Shown one piece after another: positions 31,086 through 41,480 of a DNA stretch of 64,000 nt. The DNA lies in assembly GCF_048268085.1 (NCBI RefSeq), contig NZ_JBLWWF010000012.1:19909-83908 (forward strand), written 5' to 3'. The DNA comes from Neptunicella sp. (lineage in GTDB: Bacteria > Pseudomonadota > Gammaproteobacteria > Enterobacterales > Alteromonadaceae). Below the pieces are notes generated by a model. It was not told the origin of the DNA and made no database searches. It saw only the letters and a list, made by a program, of their open reading frames with translations. The first letter of the stretch is position 1. The number at the start of each line of letters is the position of its first letter. The position numbers and the translations under genes were made by a program.

Positions 31086-31114
31086 GCTATCGAGTTAACA
31101 AATAACTCGATAGC
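31086..31114 (-). terminator. 12-bp perfect hairpin downstream of the SDR gene
   Basis: gctatcgagtta (31086-31097) / taactcgatagc (31103-31114) with a 5-nt loop. There is no clean U-tract, so the terminator call is tentative. Confidence 0.4.
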
Positions 31115-31142
31115 GTGCCGAAGTATGAATACAACACTTATT

Positions 31143-32057
31143 TTATTCTGCCTGTTGTGATGCCAACGCTTTTTCAACAAATTTAGTAGTTTGTTCATCA
31201 CCGCGTATAAACATTTTTTGTTTTGACACATCGACAATTTGATCAATATGAATTGCCACATTTTCTGCAGTTTGTTGTTCCGGAGGCAAGTAAATACCGT
31301 CCGTTTCAAAAATTTGTGTGGCCGCATATCCACCCGCACCAGCACACAATATCAATCGAGAAGGCGATTCATCGCTAGCTAAATAGACCAGTCCAGCAGA
31401 AACACTCTCGACTGTGAGCACTTCACTGGCTTGCTGATCTATTAATCCATCCATCATTCGGGTGGCAGCACATGGCGATATCGCATTCACTTTGATACCG
31501 TACTTCTTCCCCTCAATGTCCAACACATTCATTAGACCGACGACGCCCATTTTTGCGGCACCGTAATTAGATTGTCCAAAATTGCCATACAGCCCGGAAG
31601 ACGATGTTGTCATAATGATTGTGCCCTGTTGCTGTTCGCGCATGGTAGGCCACACTGCTTTAGAACAATTCGCAGCACCCATTAAATGCACATCCACCAC
31701 CAACTTAAAATCATCAAGGCTCATATTGGCAAAACTTTTATCCCGTAAAATCCCGGCATTGTTAACCAAAATATCGATCCTTCCCCATTGGGCTAACGTA
31801 TCAGAAACCATTTGATTGACTTCTTCAATGCTGGTGACATTAGCGCCATTAGATATGGCTTCACCACCAGCGGCCTTAATTTCCTTTACGACTTGTTCCG
31901 CGGCAGACAAGTCTCCACCTTCGCCACTGACACTACCGCCTAAATCATTGACAACCACTTTTGCTCCACGTGCCGCTAAGGCTAAAGCATGAGAGCGACC
32001 AAGACCGTTACCAGCTCCTGTAACAATAGCGACTTTTCCTTCAAATCTAATGTTCAT
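31143..32057 (-). CDS. SDR-family 3-hydroxyacyl-CoA dehydrogenase (MFE-2 dehydrogenase-domain-like)
   Basis: FEGKVAIVTGAGNGLGRSHALALAARGAKVVVNDLGG... and YGAAK (YxxxK) closely resemble the N-terminal dehydrogenase domain of type-2 multifunctional enzymes. Confidence 0.82.
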   Translation of the reverse strand: MNIRFEGKVAIVTGAGNGLGRSHALALAARGAKVVVNDLGGSVSGEGGDLSAAEQVVKEIKAAGGEAISNGANVTSIEEVNQMVSDTLAQWGRIDILVNNAGILRDKSFANMSLDDFKLVVDVHLMGAANCSKAVWPTMREQQQGTIIMTTSSSGLYGNFGQSNYGAAKMGVVGLMNVLDIEGKKYGIKVNAISPCAATRMMDGLIDQQASEVLTVESVSAGLVYLASDESPSRLILCAGAGGYAATQIFETDGIYLPPEQQTAENVAIHIDQIVDVSKQKMFIRGDEQTTKFVEKALASQQAE

Positions 32058-32234
32058 ACTGCAACCTTTATCGTTGTTCCCCCTTCACTATTGAGCGAGG
32101 AATTTAATTTCACTTGCCTATGGCAATCTCAGCCGATGTCTTCCTGTGATTACTGTTTTTCGACAATCACCTAGGTCGTTTTTCAATCAAACATTCTTCA
32201 ATTTAGTTGTACTCGATACTGAATTTAAAAATAT

Positions 32235-32268
32235 TGTGACAACATTTTATATTATCACACAGTATAAT
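32235..32268 (+). promoter_or_regulatory. imperfect dyad TGTGACAAC-N7-ATTATCACA followed by a consensus TATAAT
   Basis: The arms at 32235-32243 and 32251-32259 match 7 of 9 as an inverted repeat. tataat is at 32263-32268. It lies in the divergent SDR/TonB-receptor intergenic region. The same half-site, tgtgataat, occurs at 30858-30866. Confidence 0.3.
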
Positions 32269-32436
32269 GTTAATTATTGCAATAGTTTATGTTGACATTT
32301 ATTATAGTTTTGTTAAAAGTGTTACAGCTTTGTTGCTTTTAGTTGTAAGCCAAACACAGTGAACAACGCATGTACTTGCAGATGCTTTCGGGTTTCTTCG
32401 GGTTCAGGCCCACGACGGGATAGAGGAGAACTAACA

Positions 32437-34602
32437 ATGATAAGTCTTACCAAGAATAAAAAAGCGAAATTAAGCTTATTGGTGCTTTCTATGGGATTGA
32501 GTACACACTCAATTGCACAGGAAGAAGAAGTTGAATCCAAAAAGCCGAAAGAACATACCTTAGAAACCATTGAAGTCACTGCAGAACGACGTGTAGAAAA
32601 TATTCAAAAATCGCCGCTCGCTGCGTCAGTAATACAGGGTGATGAAATCAGCAAATTGGGGATTACGAAAGTAGATCAGCTACAATTTGCCATGCCCTCA
32701 GTGGTCGTCAATAACTTTGGCCAAGGCGTTGATTTTAATATCCGCGGTATTGGTAAGGCCGAGCACAATACACAAACAACTACCGGGGTTATAACCTATC
32801 GCGATGGTGTTGCAACCTTTCCTGGCTATTATACCGCTGAGCCTTACTATGACATCGCCAGAGTAGAAGTCTTACGTGGCCCGCAAGGAACATTCGCAGG
32901 CCAGAATGCAACCGGGGGGGCCGTATTTGTAAATTCGAACAATCCTGAAATTGGTGGCACTTATTCCGGTTATCTGCTCGGACAAGTCGGCAATTATCGT
33001 GACGTTGCTACACAAGGAGCGTTGAATATTCCAATTAGTGACACGTTCGCTGCTCGTATAGCGTTTAATACGGAAAACCGTGACAGTTTCTACGATATAG
33101 AAGGCCCTTACACCGGTGATGATGGTATTAGTATGCAAAGTGGAAGACTCAGTTTGCTTTGGGAACCCAGCGATTCACTATCAGTACTATTTAAATCTGA
33201 CTACAATTATCAGGATTTGAGTGCTTATCCCACTGACCCTGTCAATTCGCCAAATGATATGTTTGAAACCACGGCGAACGCAGACTTGGCGGCCCGAGAT
33301 AAATTTTCACGTTCAGTACTAAAAATTGATTATACCTTTGCCGGCGGTACCATTCTGCGCTCAGTTTCGGGCTATCAATCTGGTAAAAGCCTGTTTAAAG
33401 CCGATCTTGATGGCACGAGTGTTGGTATCAGGACTTTTCGAGATGAAGTAGAAGAGCGAATTTTCTCGCAAGAGCTTAACCTGATTTCACCGGATAATGA
33501 CGGCTTTAACTGGATCCTTGGTGCGTACTTTCAAAATGATGATATTACATTCCCACCAGGTCAGTTCGTAACAGGGTTACCTGAGGGTAATCCGGCTACC
33601 GAATACCGACTGGAAGGCGAAAACCCCAAAGAAACCAGAGCCGTTTTTGGTCAGGTCACCCTAGATTTATCTGAAGGTCTAGAATTGCAAGTAGGATTAA
33701 GACATTCAAGAAGCAATACCGAAAACCAAATTGATATCGTTCAATATGGCCTTCCTCTAGAGAGTTACCAAAAAGCGGAATACTCCAAGACCACAGGTAA
33801 AGTATCGTTAAACTGGGATGTTAATACCGACCACTTTCTATATGCCTTTGCGGCAACGGGCTACAGACCTGGTGGACTTAACGTTAATGTAGGGCTCGGT
33901 TTGCCTGAACCTTTTGATCAAGAAGAAGTCACCAGTTATGAATTCGGTTGGAAAGCGTCATGGCTCGACGATCACTTGCGTACTCAATTGACCGGCTTCC
34001 ATAATGACTATGATAATTTCCAGGTCAGAATTGGTTATCCGGATATTCCTACCTTCGCATTTCAGCTGAATACACCTGAAACCACCAAGATAACCGGTAT
34101 GGAAGCGCAACTTCAGGGCGTATTTGGGGATTTCTCAATTAATGCAGGTATGTCGATAATGCGCAGCAAATTAGGCGAATTTTATGCGACAGATCCACGT
34201 GTTCCTGCACCGGGTACGACTTGTGACCCAATAAGTGGACCAGAAACCATCTCATGTATTGCTTTAGAAGGGCGTGACCAGACCTATGCGCCTGACGTTA
34301 CTTTCAACTTTTCCATGCAGTATGAGTTTATGTTGGATAAAGGAACACTCACTCCTAGATTAAACTTCGGCCATGTATCCGAACAGTGGGCAACTTTATT
34401 CCAGAATGAAGCACTGGGAGATCGAATCGAAAGTCGAAATATAATGGGTGGTCAAGTTGCCTGGCAATATCAAGACTGGACAGTGACCCTGTACGCCACC
34501 AACTTGACAGATAGACGCTATGTTTCCGCTATCAATTCTGGCCTGCGACTGGCCGGCTTACCACGTCAGTATGGTTTGCGCGTGATGAAAACATTTTTCT
34601 AG
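32437..34602 (+). CDS. TonB-dependent outer-membrane receptor
   Basis: ATG at 32437 is preceded by aggaga (32424-32429). Signal peptide ...STHSIAQ, plug (IEVTAERR.ENIQKSP...VEVLRGPQGTFAGQNATGGAVF) and terminal ...VMKTFF. The ORF-track start at 32359 adds an implausible Cys/Arg-rich extension. Confidence 0.9.
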   Translation: MISLTKNKKAKLSLLVLSMGLSTHSIAQEEEVESKKPKEHTLETIEVTAERRVENIQKSPLAASVIQGDEISKLGITKVDQLQFAMPSVVVNNFGQGVDFNIRGIGKAEHNTQTTTGVITYRDGVATFPGYYTAEPYYDIARVEVLRGPQGTFAGQNATGGAVFVNSNNPEIGGTYSGYLLGQVGNYRDVATQGALNIPISDTFAARIAFNTENRDSFYDIEGPYTGDDGISMQSGRLSLLWEPSDSLSVLFKSDYNYQDLSAYPTDPVNSPNDMFETTANADLAARDKFSRSVLKIDYTFAGGTILRSVSGYQSGKSLFKADLDGTSVGIRTFRDEVEERIFSQELNLISPDNDGFNWILGAYFQNDDITFPPGQFVTGLPEGNPATEYRLEGENPKETRAVFGQVTLDLSEGLELQVGLRHSRSNTENQIDIVQYGLPLESYQKAEYSKTTGKVSLNWDVNTDHFLYAFAATGYRPGGLNVNVGLGLPEPFDQEEVTSYEFGWKASWLDDHLRTQLTGFHNDYDNFQVRIGYPDIPTFAFQLNTPETTKITGMEAQLQGVFGDFSINAGMSIMRSKLGEFYATDPRVPAPGTTCDPISGPETISCIALEGRDQTYAPDVTFNFSMQYEFMLDKGTLTPRLNFGHVSEQWATLFQNEALGDRIESRNIMGGQVAWQYQDWTVTLYATNLTDRRYVSAINSGLRLAGLPRQYGLRVMKTFF

Positions 34603-34617
34603 TTAACGACGCACATT

Positions 34618-34660
34618 GCAGCCAATTCAGCTGAATTGGCTGCGTATCCTTTTATTTTTA
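34618..34660 (+). terminator. intrinsic terminator after the TonB receptor gene
   Basis: 13-bp perfect palindrome arms gcagccaattcag/ctgaattggctgc (34618-34643) followed by a T-rich ccttttattttta. Confidence 0.65.
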
Positions 34661-34673
34661 TTCAGATAGAGCC

Positions 34674-36269
34674 ATGCAATCATATTCACTTACCGTAGAT
34701 AAGTTCCTTGACCATGCTGCTAAGTGGCTAGGAACACAAGAAGTTGTTTCTGTCCATCATGGAACAGAAGTGACGCGTATTAACTATGCTCAATTGAGAC
34801 AACGCAGTAATCAGTTTTCAGGGGCACTGCGGGCAATTGGCCTTAACTTTGGAGACAGGATTGGAACACTGGCCTGGAATACCCAGCACCATATGGAAAT
34901 GTACTACGCCACGATGGGAATTGGATTGATATGTCACACGCTTAATCCTCGCTTTAGTGCTAGTCATCTTGCCACTATTATCAATGAGGCTGAGAACCGT
35001 GCGCTAGCAGTTTCGGCCAATCTATTGCCCTTATTACAAGAACTACTGCTACTCTGCCCATGTATCGAACATGTCATTCTGATGGATGAAGATGATGTTG
35101 AACTCGCCGCTATCAATACACAAAGTGTGAGTGTTTGGCGTTATGAAGAGCTGTTAAGTAATAAAGGTCAACCTGTTGAATGGGGTGAATTCGATGAAAA
35201 CACCCCCGCGGGGCTATGTTATACGTCGGGTACAACCGGCAAACCCAAAGGCGTACTTTATACACATCGCTCAAACTATTTACATACACTTTGCACCTTA
35301 CAAACCGGCGGTATCGCGTTGAGAAGTAACGACGTTCTGCTGGTTGCCGTACCAATGTTTCATGCCAATGGCTGGGGTTTACCCTTTTCTGCCCCGGCAA
35401 TTGGTTCAAAAATGGTTTTGCCTGGTCGCAATGCAGATGGCGCAAGTTTAGCGACATTAATGCGTAATGAACGCGTAACAGTAGCAGCTGCAGTACAAAC
35501 AGTATGGTTAGGACTAGTTGAACATCTCGATGAATGTGGCGGTGAGTTACCTGATCTGGAGCGTATTTTGATAGGTGGATCAAAATGTCCTGACGCATTA
35601 ATCAAACGTATTGAAGATCGCCTTGGCGCACGTGTTCAAACCAGTTGGGGAATGACTGAGCTTTCCCCTCTAGGCACGGTGACAGCACTATTCGAGTCCA
35701 ATACAGACTCTCGTACTGCAGGCCGGCCCCTTATGGGAATTGATCTAAAACTCACAGATGCTCAGGGCAATACTTTAGAAGATCAACGCGGTGTGGTTGG
35801 ACACTTAAAAGCAAAAGGCGCGAGCGTGGTAGATCGCTATTATCAAGCCGAGCATGACTCACTAGATGAGCAAGGCTATTTTGATACAGGTGATTTGGCG
35901 ATGATCGATGAACGAGGTCACTTGAGTATTTGTGGCCGTTCAAAGGATCTGATTAAATCAGGTGGGGAATGGATAAACCCTGCAGAAATAGAAGATATTA
36001 TTGGCCAAATTGACTCTGTTGGACAAGTTGCAGTCATCGGAAAGCCGGATGAAAAGTGGGGAGAGCGGCCGATACTCATCGTTGAAGCCAATGCTGGTGA
36101 AGTGATTGACTCGAGTACTTTATTGAATCAATTACGTGGAAAAATACCTGACTGGTGGATACCCAAAGACGTTATAATGATTGATACTATGCCATTAGCA
36201 GCAACCGGCAAAATAGACAAACTTTGGTTAAAAGGTAATTACAAAAGTTTAAATCTTTCATCGATTTAG
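34674..36269 (+). CDS. long-chain fatty-acid--CoA ligase (AMP-dependent synthetase family)
   Basis: AMP-binding motif YTSGTTGKPKGV, plus GYFDTGD and the KSGGEWI region. Length of about 530 aa. Confidence 0.88.
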   Translation: MQSYSLTVDKFLDHAAKWLGTQEVVSVHHGTEVTRINYAQLRQRSNQFSGALRAIGLNFGDRIGTLAWNTQHHMEMYYATMGIGLICHTLNPRFSASHLATIINEAENRALAVSANLLPLLQELLLLCPCIEHVILMDEDDVELAAINTQSVSVWRYEELLSNKGQPVEWGEFDENTPAGLCYTSGTTGKPKGVLYTHRSNYLHTLCTLQTGGIALRSNDVLLVAVPMFHANGWGLPFSAPAIGSKMVLPGRNADGASLATLMRNERVTVAAAVQTVWLGLVEHLDECGGELPDLERILIGGSKCPDALIKRIEDRLGARVQTSWGMTELSPLGTVTALFESNTDSRTAGRPLMGIDLKLTDAQGNTLEDQRGVVGHLKAKGASVVDRYYQAEHDSLDEQGYFDTGDLAMIDERGHLSICGRSKDLIKSGGEWINPAEIEDIIGQIDSVGQVAVIGKPDEKWGERPILIVEANAGEVIDSSTLLNQLRGKIPDWWIPKDVIMIDTMPLAATGKIDKLWLKGNYKSLNLSSI

Positions 36270-36344
36270 CCAAGTTGACTGTCTGATTGTTAGTATTTAG
36301 GATTAAGCCATATCTCCGTCGATCATAATAAGTTGGATAACAAC

Positions 36345-37013
36345 ATGACACAGGAATCACCAAGGCGCTCAAGGCGCAGTAAAGCTGAGCAACGAGCTGA
36401 AAGTATAGAGCTAATCCTTGATGAAGCAGAATACCTGTTTTCCAAAAATGGACTTTATGGTGTCACACTGCGAGATGTCGCCAAACGCGTTGGTATACAT
36501 ACAACATTAGTGCACTATTACTTCAAGGATAAGCAAAATTTATTTGAAGAAGTATTTTCCCGTCGCGCAGGTGTCACCAGTAGTCGCCGTATGGCTGCGT
36601 TGCAACAATATGAAGTTGAGGCCGGTGATAATCCAACCGTGGAAGGGGCGTTGCACGCATTTCTCGATACCGACTTAGACCTGTATTACGACGGTGGTGA
36701 AAACTGGATGAATTACGCCGCCTTTTGCGCGCGGGTCAGTAATACGCCTGAAGGTGCCGAACTAATGGATAAACATTTTGATCCCGTCGTTCTTAAGTTA
36801 ATTGGGATTTTGAAAAAGGCTTTACCAGATTATTCAGATGAAGATATTTTCTGGGGGTATCATTTTGTCACCAGTTCGCTAATGAGTACGTTAGCCAGAA
36901 CTGGCCGTATCGATCGGTTATCTGATGGCGTATGCCATTCAGATGATTTCCCTGCCGTTAAAAAACGGATAGCCAAGTTTATGTCAGCGGGATTTTTGGC
37001 TCTGAAAGAGTAA
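36345..37013 (+). CDS. TetR/AcrR family transcriptional regulator
   Basis: N-terminal HTH (ILDEAEYLFSKNGLYGVTLRDVAKRVGIHTTLVHYYFKDK). Start placed at ATG 36345; the ORF-track TTG is at 36333. Confidence 0.85.
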   Translation: MTQESPRRSRRSKAEQRAESIELILDEAEYLFSKNGLYGVTLRDVAKRVGIHTTLVHYYFKDKQNLFEEVFSRRAGVTSSRRMAALQQYEVEAGDNPTVEGALHAFLDTDLDLYYDGGENWMNYAAFCARVSNTPEGAELMDKHFDPVVLKLIGILKKALPDYSDEDIFWGYHFVTSSLMSTLARTGRIDRLSDGVCHSDDFPAVKKRIAKFMSAGFLALKE

Positions 37014-37015
37014 AA

Positions 37016-37036
37016 GGGAATCGTCTGGCGATCCCC
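37016..37036 (-). terminator. hairpin downstream of the esterase gene, just 3' of the TetR stop codon (37011-37013)
   Basis: gggaatcg (37016-37023) / cgatcccc (37029-37036) pair at 7 of 8 positions. On the minus strand it is followed by TTTTAC. Confidence 0.4.
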
Positions 37037-37072
37037 TGATAGGTCAAAGTCATATTTAGTCGATACTATTAA

Positions 37073-37981
37073 TTAATGTCGACTGAAAAAATCCCAAAAT
37101 ACTTCAGCCACATTAAGCGAGGTCGCCCCATAGGTAATATGAGGTGCCTCTAACTCGCAATAACTTACAGATACACTACATCCCGTATATTCTCGACACC
37201 AACTGGTACCAGAAGAAAAGGTTTCAACATAAGAACTTGGATAACCACTACAACTATTTCGCGATGCGTAAATGGCCATCGTATCCGCGGTGCTAAGCAT
37301 ATATTCACCGGCTACATCAGATGATCCACCAATAGGCTGGGTGGTATCGTTTCTACCGTGCATGTACAAGATAGGCCTTACATAAGCAGGATTACAATTT
37401 TCCCAGGATTCAGACAACGCAGCGGAGGTAGTTGCATAGGCGTCGAATTCTTCTGGTGCCTCACAAAGAACCCGATGCCCCATATAAGATCCATTTGATA
37501 AGCCTGTTAAATAGTTTTTATTAATATTTAGTTTTGCAGCGACATCATTTTTCACGGCCACCAACAACGCAACATCGTCCCAATTCTGTGAAGATGGCGT
37601 CCCACAGCAACCAGGAGAGATATAAGAGTCAGAGCCATTAAAGCCTTTGGCTAACCAACCTCCTCCTTTTGCAGGACCACCTCGCGGATAAGCGACCGCA
37701 AAGTTTTCAATATCACTTAACTCATACATTCCTGATAGATTACGCTGATTTTCTGGCGTATGTGCAAAGCCATGCACATCAACAACTAATGCAATTGGAG
37801 TACCGTCATAACCATCGGGGACATGCAGTAAATACTCCCGCGAACGGCCATCCACCGTGATAGAAAATTCGCAATCAACTCCAGCCTGAATGGTACAGGG
37901 TGCAGCTATTGCGGATGATAAAGGGAATAAACTACCAACCAATGCAATAAAGGTTAGTAATGCCTTAGGTAGTGCTTTCAT
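37073..37981 (-). CDS. secreted esterase of the PHB-depolymerase/feruloyl-esterase-like alpha/beta hydrolase family
   Basis: Signal peptide (...LSSAIAAP), VVDVHGF...AYPRG and the nucleophile elbow GLSNGS, with many Cys residues. ATG 37981 is preceded by the SD aaggtga. An alternative GTG is at 37990. Confidence 0.68.
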   Translation of the reverse strand: MKALPKALLTFIALVGSLFPLSSAIAAPCTIQAGVDCEFSITVDGRSREYLLHVPDGYDGTPIALVVDVHGFAHTPENQRNLSGMYELSDIENFAVAYPRGGPAKGGGWLAKGFNGSDSYISPGCCGTPSSQNWDDVALLVAVKNDVAAKLNINKNYLTGLSNGSYMGHRVLCEAPEEFDAYATTSAALSESWENCNPAYVRPILYMHGRNDTTQPIGGSSDVAGEYMLSTADTMAIYASRNSCSGYPSSYVETFSSGTSWCREYTGCSVSVSYCELEAPHITYGATSLNVAEVFWDFFSRH

Positions 37982-38475
37982 AAACTTCACCTTGGTTTTT
38001 ACAAAGTCTTAGTGAATCTAAGAATTGCTGTATTTACGTTAATCAAAAGAATGACCACTGATCTTTAAAGGTCCTTCTCTTGTTCAATGTATAACAACCA
38101 GCAGTTTCTAGGACTCAACCACAAGCAACTACATCTTCCAATTAAACTACTATATACCATTATAATAATACATTAATTTTACACATAGTTAACATAAATT
38201 ATATTTATAGTTAATATTATTTCTTTAGATAATAATATTAAACTGAAAGGCTTTTAGGTGAATGAATTGTGCCTGACATTAGGCATCATAATTGAGTCAG
38301 GCGTCCGGCAATATTCCATGTTTTTTTAATGTTGAATTAAGTTAAATGCGTATTCAGTCAAGTGTATTGCGGGAAGTTCAGTGAGGGAAAAGTCTAATGT
38401 TGGTGTCTGGCTTTATCGATGCCAGTAAGACTTAATTCAGCTACGCCATAAATTAAGCCTTACTGATACCGTCGA

Positions 38476-40119
38476 TTATAAACAGCCCTCGGAGGGTTTA
38501 GTGAGTACCGGTGAGATTAGGCCGGTATTCCAGTGCCAGGGAAATTGACCACTTTGCTTACGACGACAAACCGTTTCATCATGCAATTCATACATGCCGG
38601 GAAACAGGTTCTCCTGTGGTTTTGGTGTTTCGCCAAATAACATATAAGCTTGCTCGGCCCCATATACGGGCCAATCCGGCTGCTTATTAGCTTTGGGTTT
38701 ACCGGTTTTAGCGAAACTACTCCAGTACTCTGTCATTGCCGTTGAAAAGGCATGCTCTTCGACGGTATCTGGGTTTTTAGGCCACAATTCAGGGGTACGA
38801 TCAAAGGTGCCAAAAACATAAGGTAGTTCGCTCGCATGAAAAGCATGTAACCCGGCATTATCAGCAGCAGGATACCCATGATCAAATAAATATAAATATG
38901 ACGGCTGGCCGATTGCCTGTTGGCTTTTAGCCATTTTTTCAGATGTCCAGCCGTATAAGGCATCCCGAGTTGTTGCATAAATACTTTCTTGCATATCTGA
39001 GCTGGGATACAAACGGAGAAACTTATCTGCCAAATCCAGATAACGGGAGCGAATAACTTTCTCATATTCCTCCGCTGACGACGGAACCGGTGGTGCCAAC
39101 ATTTTCAATGAACGAATTTCACCACTATTAAACCCAACCAACAACGGCACTGGTGCTTGCTTCCCCTGATCAAAAATATCGACCATTTGCCCAAATAATG
39201 TTTTACCGTCTACATTGGGAATGGGGAAATAATGTTCAGCTGCAGCGCCATTTGTCAAAGCTTGCGCATCCATGGCCCGTAAAGCCGCCAGATCCTTCGC
39301 CCCCACTTTGTTGGCAATATATGAGCCAATAGCTTCAGCAGAAAACTGACCGAACTGAGCATTTTTTAAATTGGGTATTGAAACCATATAAGCACTTTGT
39401 GCAATAGCTTTGGTGAATAAGCCACGTGCCGCAGGCGCTGCCATTAGGTGCATAACACTTAACGCTCCAGCTGACTCACCGGCGATGGTGATGTTCGCGT
39501 TATCCCCACCAAAAGCTTGGATATTATTCTGAATCCACCGCAACGACTCGATTTGATCAAGTAAGCCGTAATTGCCGGAGATATTATCGGCTGATTCAGC
39601 GCTTAACGCTGGATGAGCCAAATAACCAAGCACTCCCAGACGATAATTTATCGATACAACCACCATCCCCTGTTCAGCCAATGCCGTACCATCGTAGGAC
39701 GGTTCTTTACTTGAGCCCGCAGTAAGCGAACCACCGTGAATCCACACAAACACCGGTAAGTTTTTAGCATCTTTGGGCGCCCAGATATTGAGCGTTAAAC
39801 AGTCTTCACTGCTTGGACTAATATCATTTGCGTAAATACTGGCAACTTTGCGGGTTGGTTGAATACATGCATCGCCAAAAGTTTGTGCCATTTTTACATC
39901 TGACCAAGGTGTTACCGGCACCGGAGGTTTCCAACGAGCCTGGCCTACGGGCGGTTGAGCATAAGGAATTCCCTTAAACACGCTTAACGCCCCTTCATAA
40001 CTACCTTCAACTTTACCTATCGGCGCCTCTACAACGGGGTCTGTAGCTGCAGAAGCAGGTACAGACATCATGCTAAAGGCTAACGAACTTACCGCTATCA
40101 ATACTTTTATCTGTTTCAT
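38476..40119 (-). CDS. secreted type-B carboxylesterase/lipase (paralog 1)
   Basis: Signal peptide. FKGIPYAQPP, EDCLTLNIWAP, VWIHGGSL, GNYGLLDQ..L.W and the catalytic GESAGA. Start overlaps the MFS stop (ATGA). Confidence 0.88.
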   Translation of the reverse strand: MKQIKVLIAVSSLAFSMMSVPASAATDPVVEAPIGKVEGSYEGALSVFKGIPYAQPPVGQARWKPPVPVTPWSDVKMAQTFGDACIQPTRKVASIYANDISPSSEDCLTLNIWAPKDAKNLPVFVWIHGGSLTAGSSKEPSYDGTALAEQGMVVVSINYRLGVLGYLAHPALSAESADNISGNYGLLDQIESLRWIQNNIQAFGGDNANITIAGESAGALSVMHLMAAPAARGLFTKAIAQSAYMVSIPNLKNAQFGQFSAEAIGSYIANKVGAKDLAALRAMDAQALTNGAAAEHYFPIPNVDGKTLFGQMVDIFDQGKQAPVPLLVGFNSGEIRSLKMLAPPVPSSAEEYEKVIRSRYLDLADKFLRLYPSSDMQESIYATTRDALYGWTSEKMAKSQQAIGQPSYLYLFDHGYPAADNAGLHAFHASELPYVFGTFDRTPELWPKNPDTVEEHAFSTAMTEYWSSFAKTGKPKANKQPDWPVYGAEQAYMLFGETPKPQENLFPGMYELHDETVCRRKQSGQFPWHWNTGLISPVLTKPSEGCL

Positions 40120-41480
40120 TGGATAACCTCATGAGTTTGCTCGGATTCCTTGCGTAACACTCGTGCAAGCCACAGAAAGAGTGCAATAGCCAGGAAATAA
40201 AACGGAACTAAAGAATACAATGCCATTTGCAAGGAATTGTCAGGAAAACTAGCGCGGAAAAAGTCGCTAGCCATTCCCACAAAGGTTGGCCCGAAACCTA
40301 ATCCAATCAAATTCATGATTAATAACAACAACGCACCTGACATTACTCGCTGATTGGGTTTAACTTCCTGCTGGACTAACGCTACCGCTGACGATAAATA
40401 AAAGTAGTTGAGGAATGTGGGGCCAATAAGAAAAGCTAACGAAACCTGCCAGGAAGGAGCCCAGACAAATCCAATATAAAACGGGATAGCAATAGCTAAT
40501 GAAATGGCCGGTAATAATGCATAGGCTTGTTTAGAGCGCTGGGTAAACCGATCGATTAATCGACCAGATACGAAAATCCCCGCACTCATACCTATCCCAA
40601 CCAACAACGAGTAATAAATACCAATTTCACCCAATGTCATGCCTTTTTCACGCATTAAAAACAATGTTGTGAAATTGACCAAACCATAGGTGACAAATTG
40701 CGTGGCACCGCTACCAAATGCGATAAGCATTAATGACCGGGTTGAGAAAAACATTTTAAGTGTTTCAAAAAAAGCGGCTTGTTGATAATCGTCAGTAGCA
40801 GGAGCGCCCGGCTTGTCTTGAGGAAGCGTATCTAACCCTCCTCGCTTAGGTTCTCTTACGACAAGTATTAATGCTAATGCGGCAACAATGCCAGCAATAC
40901 CAAGCACAATAAAGGCGTGCCGCCAGCTGTAGGTAGCCGCAATTGCTGCCCCAAATGCAATACCTAAAGCGGCACCAATGGGTGGCCCCAGATTGAAAAT
41001 CCCTAATGCTGTCCCACGACGTCCCGGGGGGAAGTAATCGGTAATGATTGCATAAGAAGGCGGCACCCCACCTGCTTCACCAATACCAACCGACATTCGA
41101 CTAATCACTAGCTGGGGATATGTTTTCGCTAGCCCACAAGCTACCGTTGCAGCGCTCCATATTGTGCATGCAATTGCGAGAACTCGCACCCGATTGGTTC
41201 TATCAGCCAACCACCCAACAGGTATTGCAATAAAACAGTAAAAGAGTGCGAAATAAAGACCACTAATCAACCCTAGTTGGCTATCAGAAATATGCAGACT
41301 GTCCTGAATCGGCTTAGCCAGTATGGAAAGCAATTGACGATCCAGGAAGTTCAATACATAAATGAAACACAGCATCCCCAGTGCAGTCCAGGCTCTTGCG
41401 TCCGGCACACTAGGGGAAATATGAGGTGAGCTACTCTTTTTAACCTTTATTGTTGTTTCCGATATATTATTTGTTGGCAT
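40116..41480 (-). CDS. MFS transporter (Spinster-like subfamily)
   Basis: 12 predicted TM segments, LNFLDRQLLSILAKPIQ and the GWLADR motif. ATG at 41480 is preferred over the ORF-track TTG at 41495. Confidence 0.87.
   Translation of the reverse strand: MPTNNISETTIKVKKSSSPHISPSVPDARAWTALGMLCFIYVLNFLDRQLLSILAKPIQDSLHISDSQLGLISGLYFALFYCFIAIPVGWLADRTNRVRVLAIACTIWSAATVACGLAKTYPQLVISRMSVGIGEAGGVPPSYAIITDYFPPGRRGTALGIFNLGPPIGAALGIAFGAAIAATYSWRHAFIVLGIAGIVAALALILVVREPKRGGLDTLPQDKPGAPATDDYQQAAFFETLKMFFSTRSLMLIAFGSGATQFVTYGLVNFTTLFLMREKGMTLGEIGIYYSLLVGIGMSAGIFVSGRLIDRFTQRSKQAYALLPAISLAIAIPFYIGFVWAPSWQVSLAFLIGPTFLNYFYLSSAVALVQQEVKPNQRVMSGALLLLIMNLIGLGFGPTFVGMASDFFRASFPDNSLQMALYSLVPFYFLAIALFLWLARVLRKESEQTHEVIQ

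Noticed and set aside
30962-31105. An unlisted 47-aa ORF (MRDYQNSVVKALRPGTWESSFNWKEKKKYEWKRVNPLGLFNSYRVNK) lies between the TonB receptor promoter and the SDR gene.
   Set aside because: It has no convincing SD and no recognisable family, and its 3' end runs into the 12-bp hairpin at 31086-31114. I cannot support it without conservation or ribosome-profiling data.
32359-32436. The ORF-track start of the second TonB receptor gives an N-terminal extension MNNACTCRCFRVSSGSGPRRDRGELT.
   Set aside because: ATG 32437 is preceded by a good SD (aggaga) and immediately yields a normal signal peptide. The extension is Cys/Arg-rich and unlike a signal sequence.
37991-38475. A 485-nt AT-rich gap between the two esterase genes could hold an sRNA or a small ORF.
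   Set aside because: It contains only very short ORFs (such as ATG AAT TGT GCC TGA) and weak 5-7-bp stems. It is most simply a promoter/terminator region for the flanking minus-strand genes.
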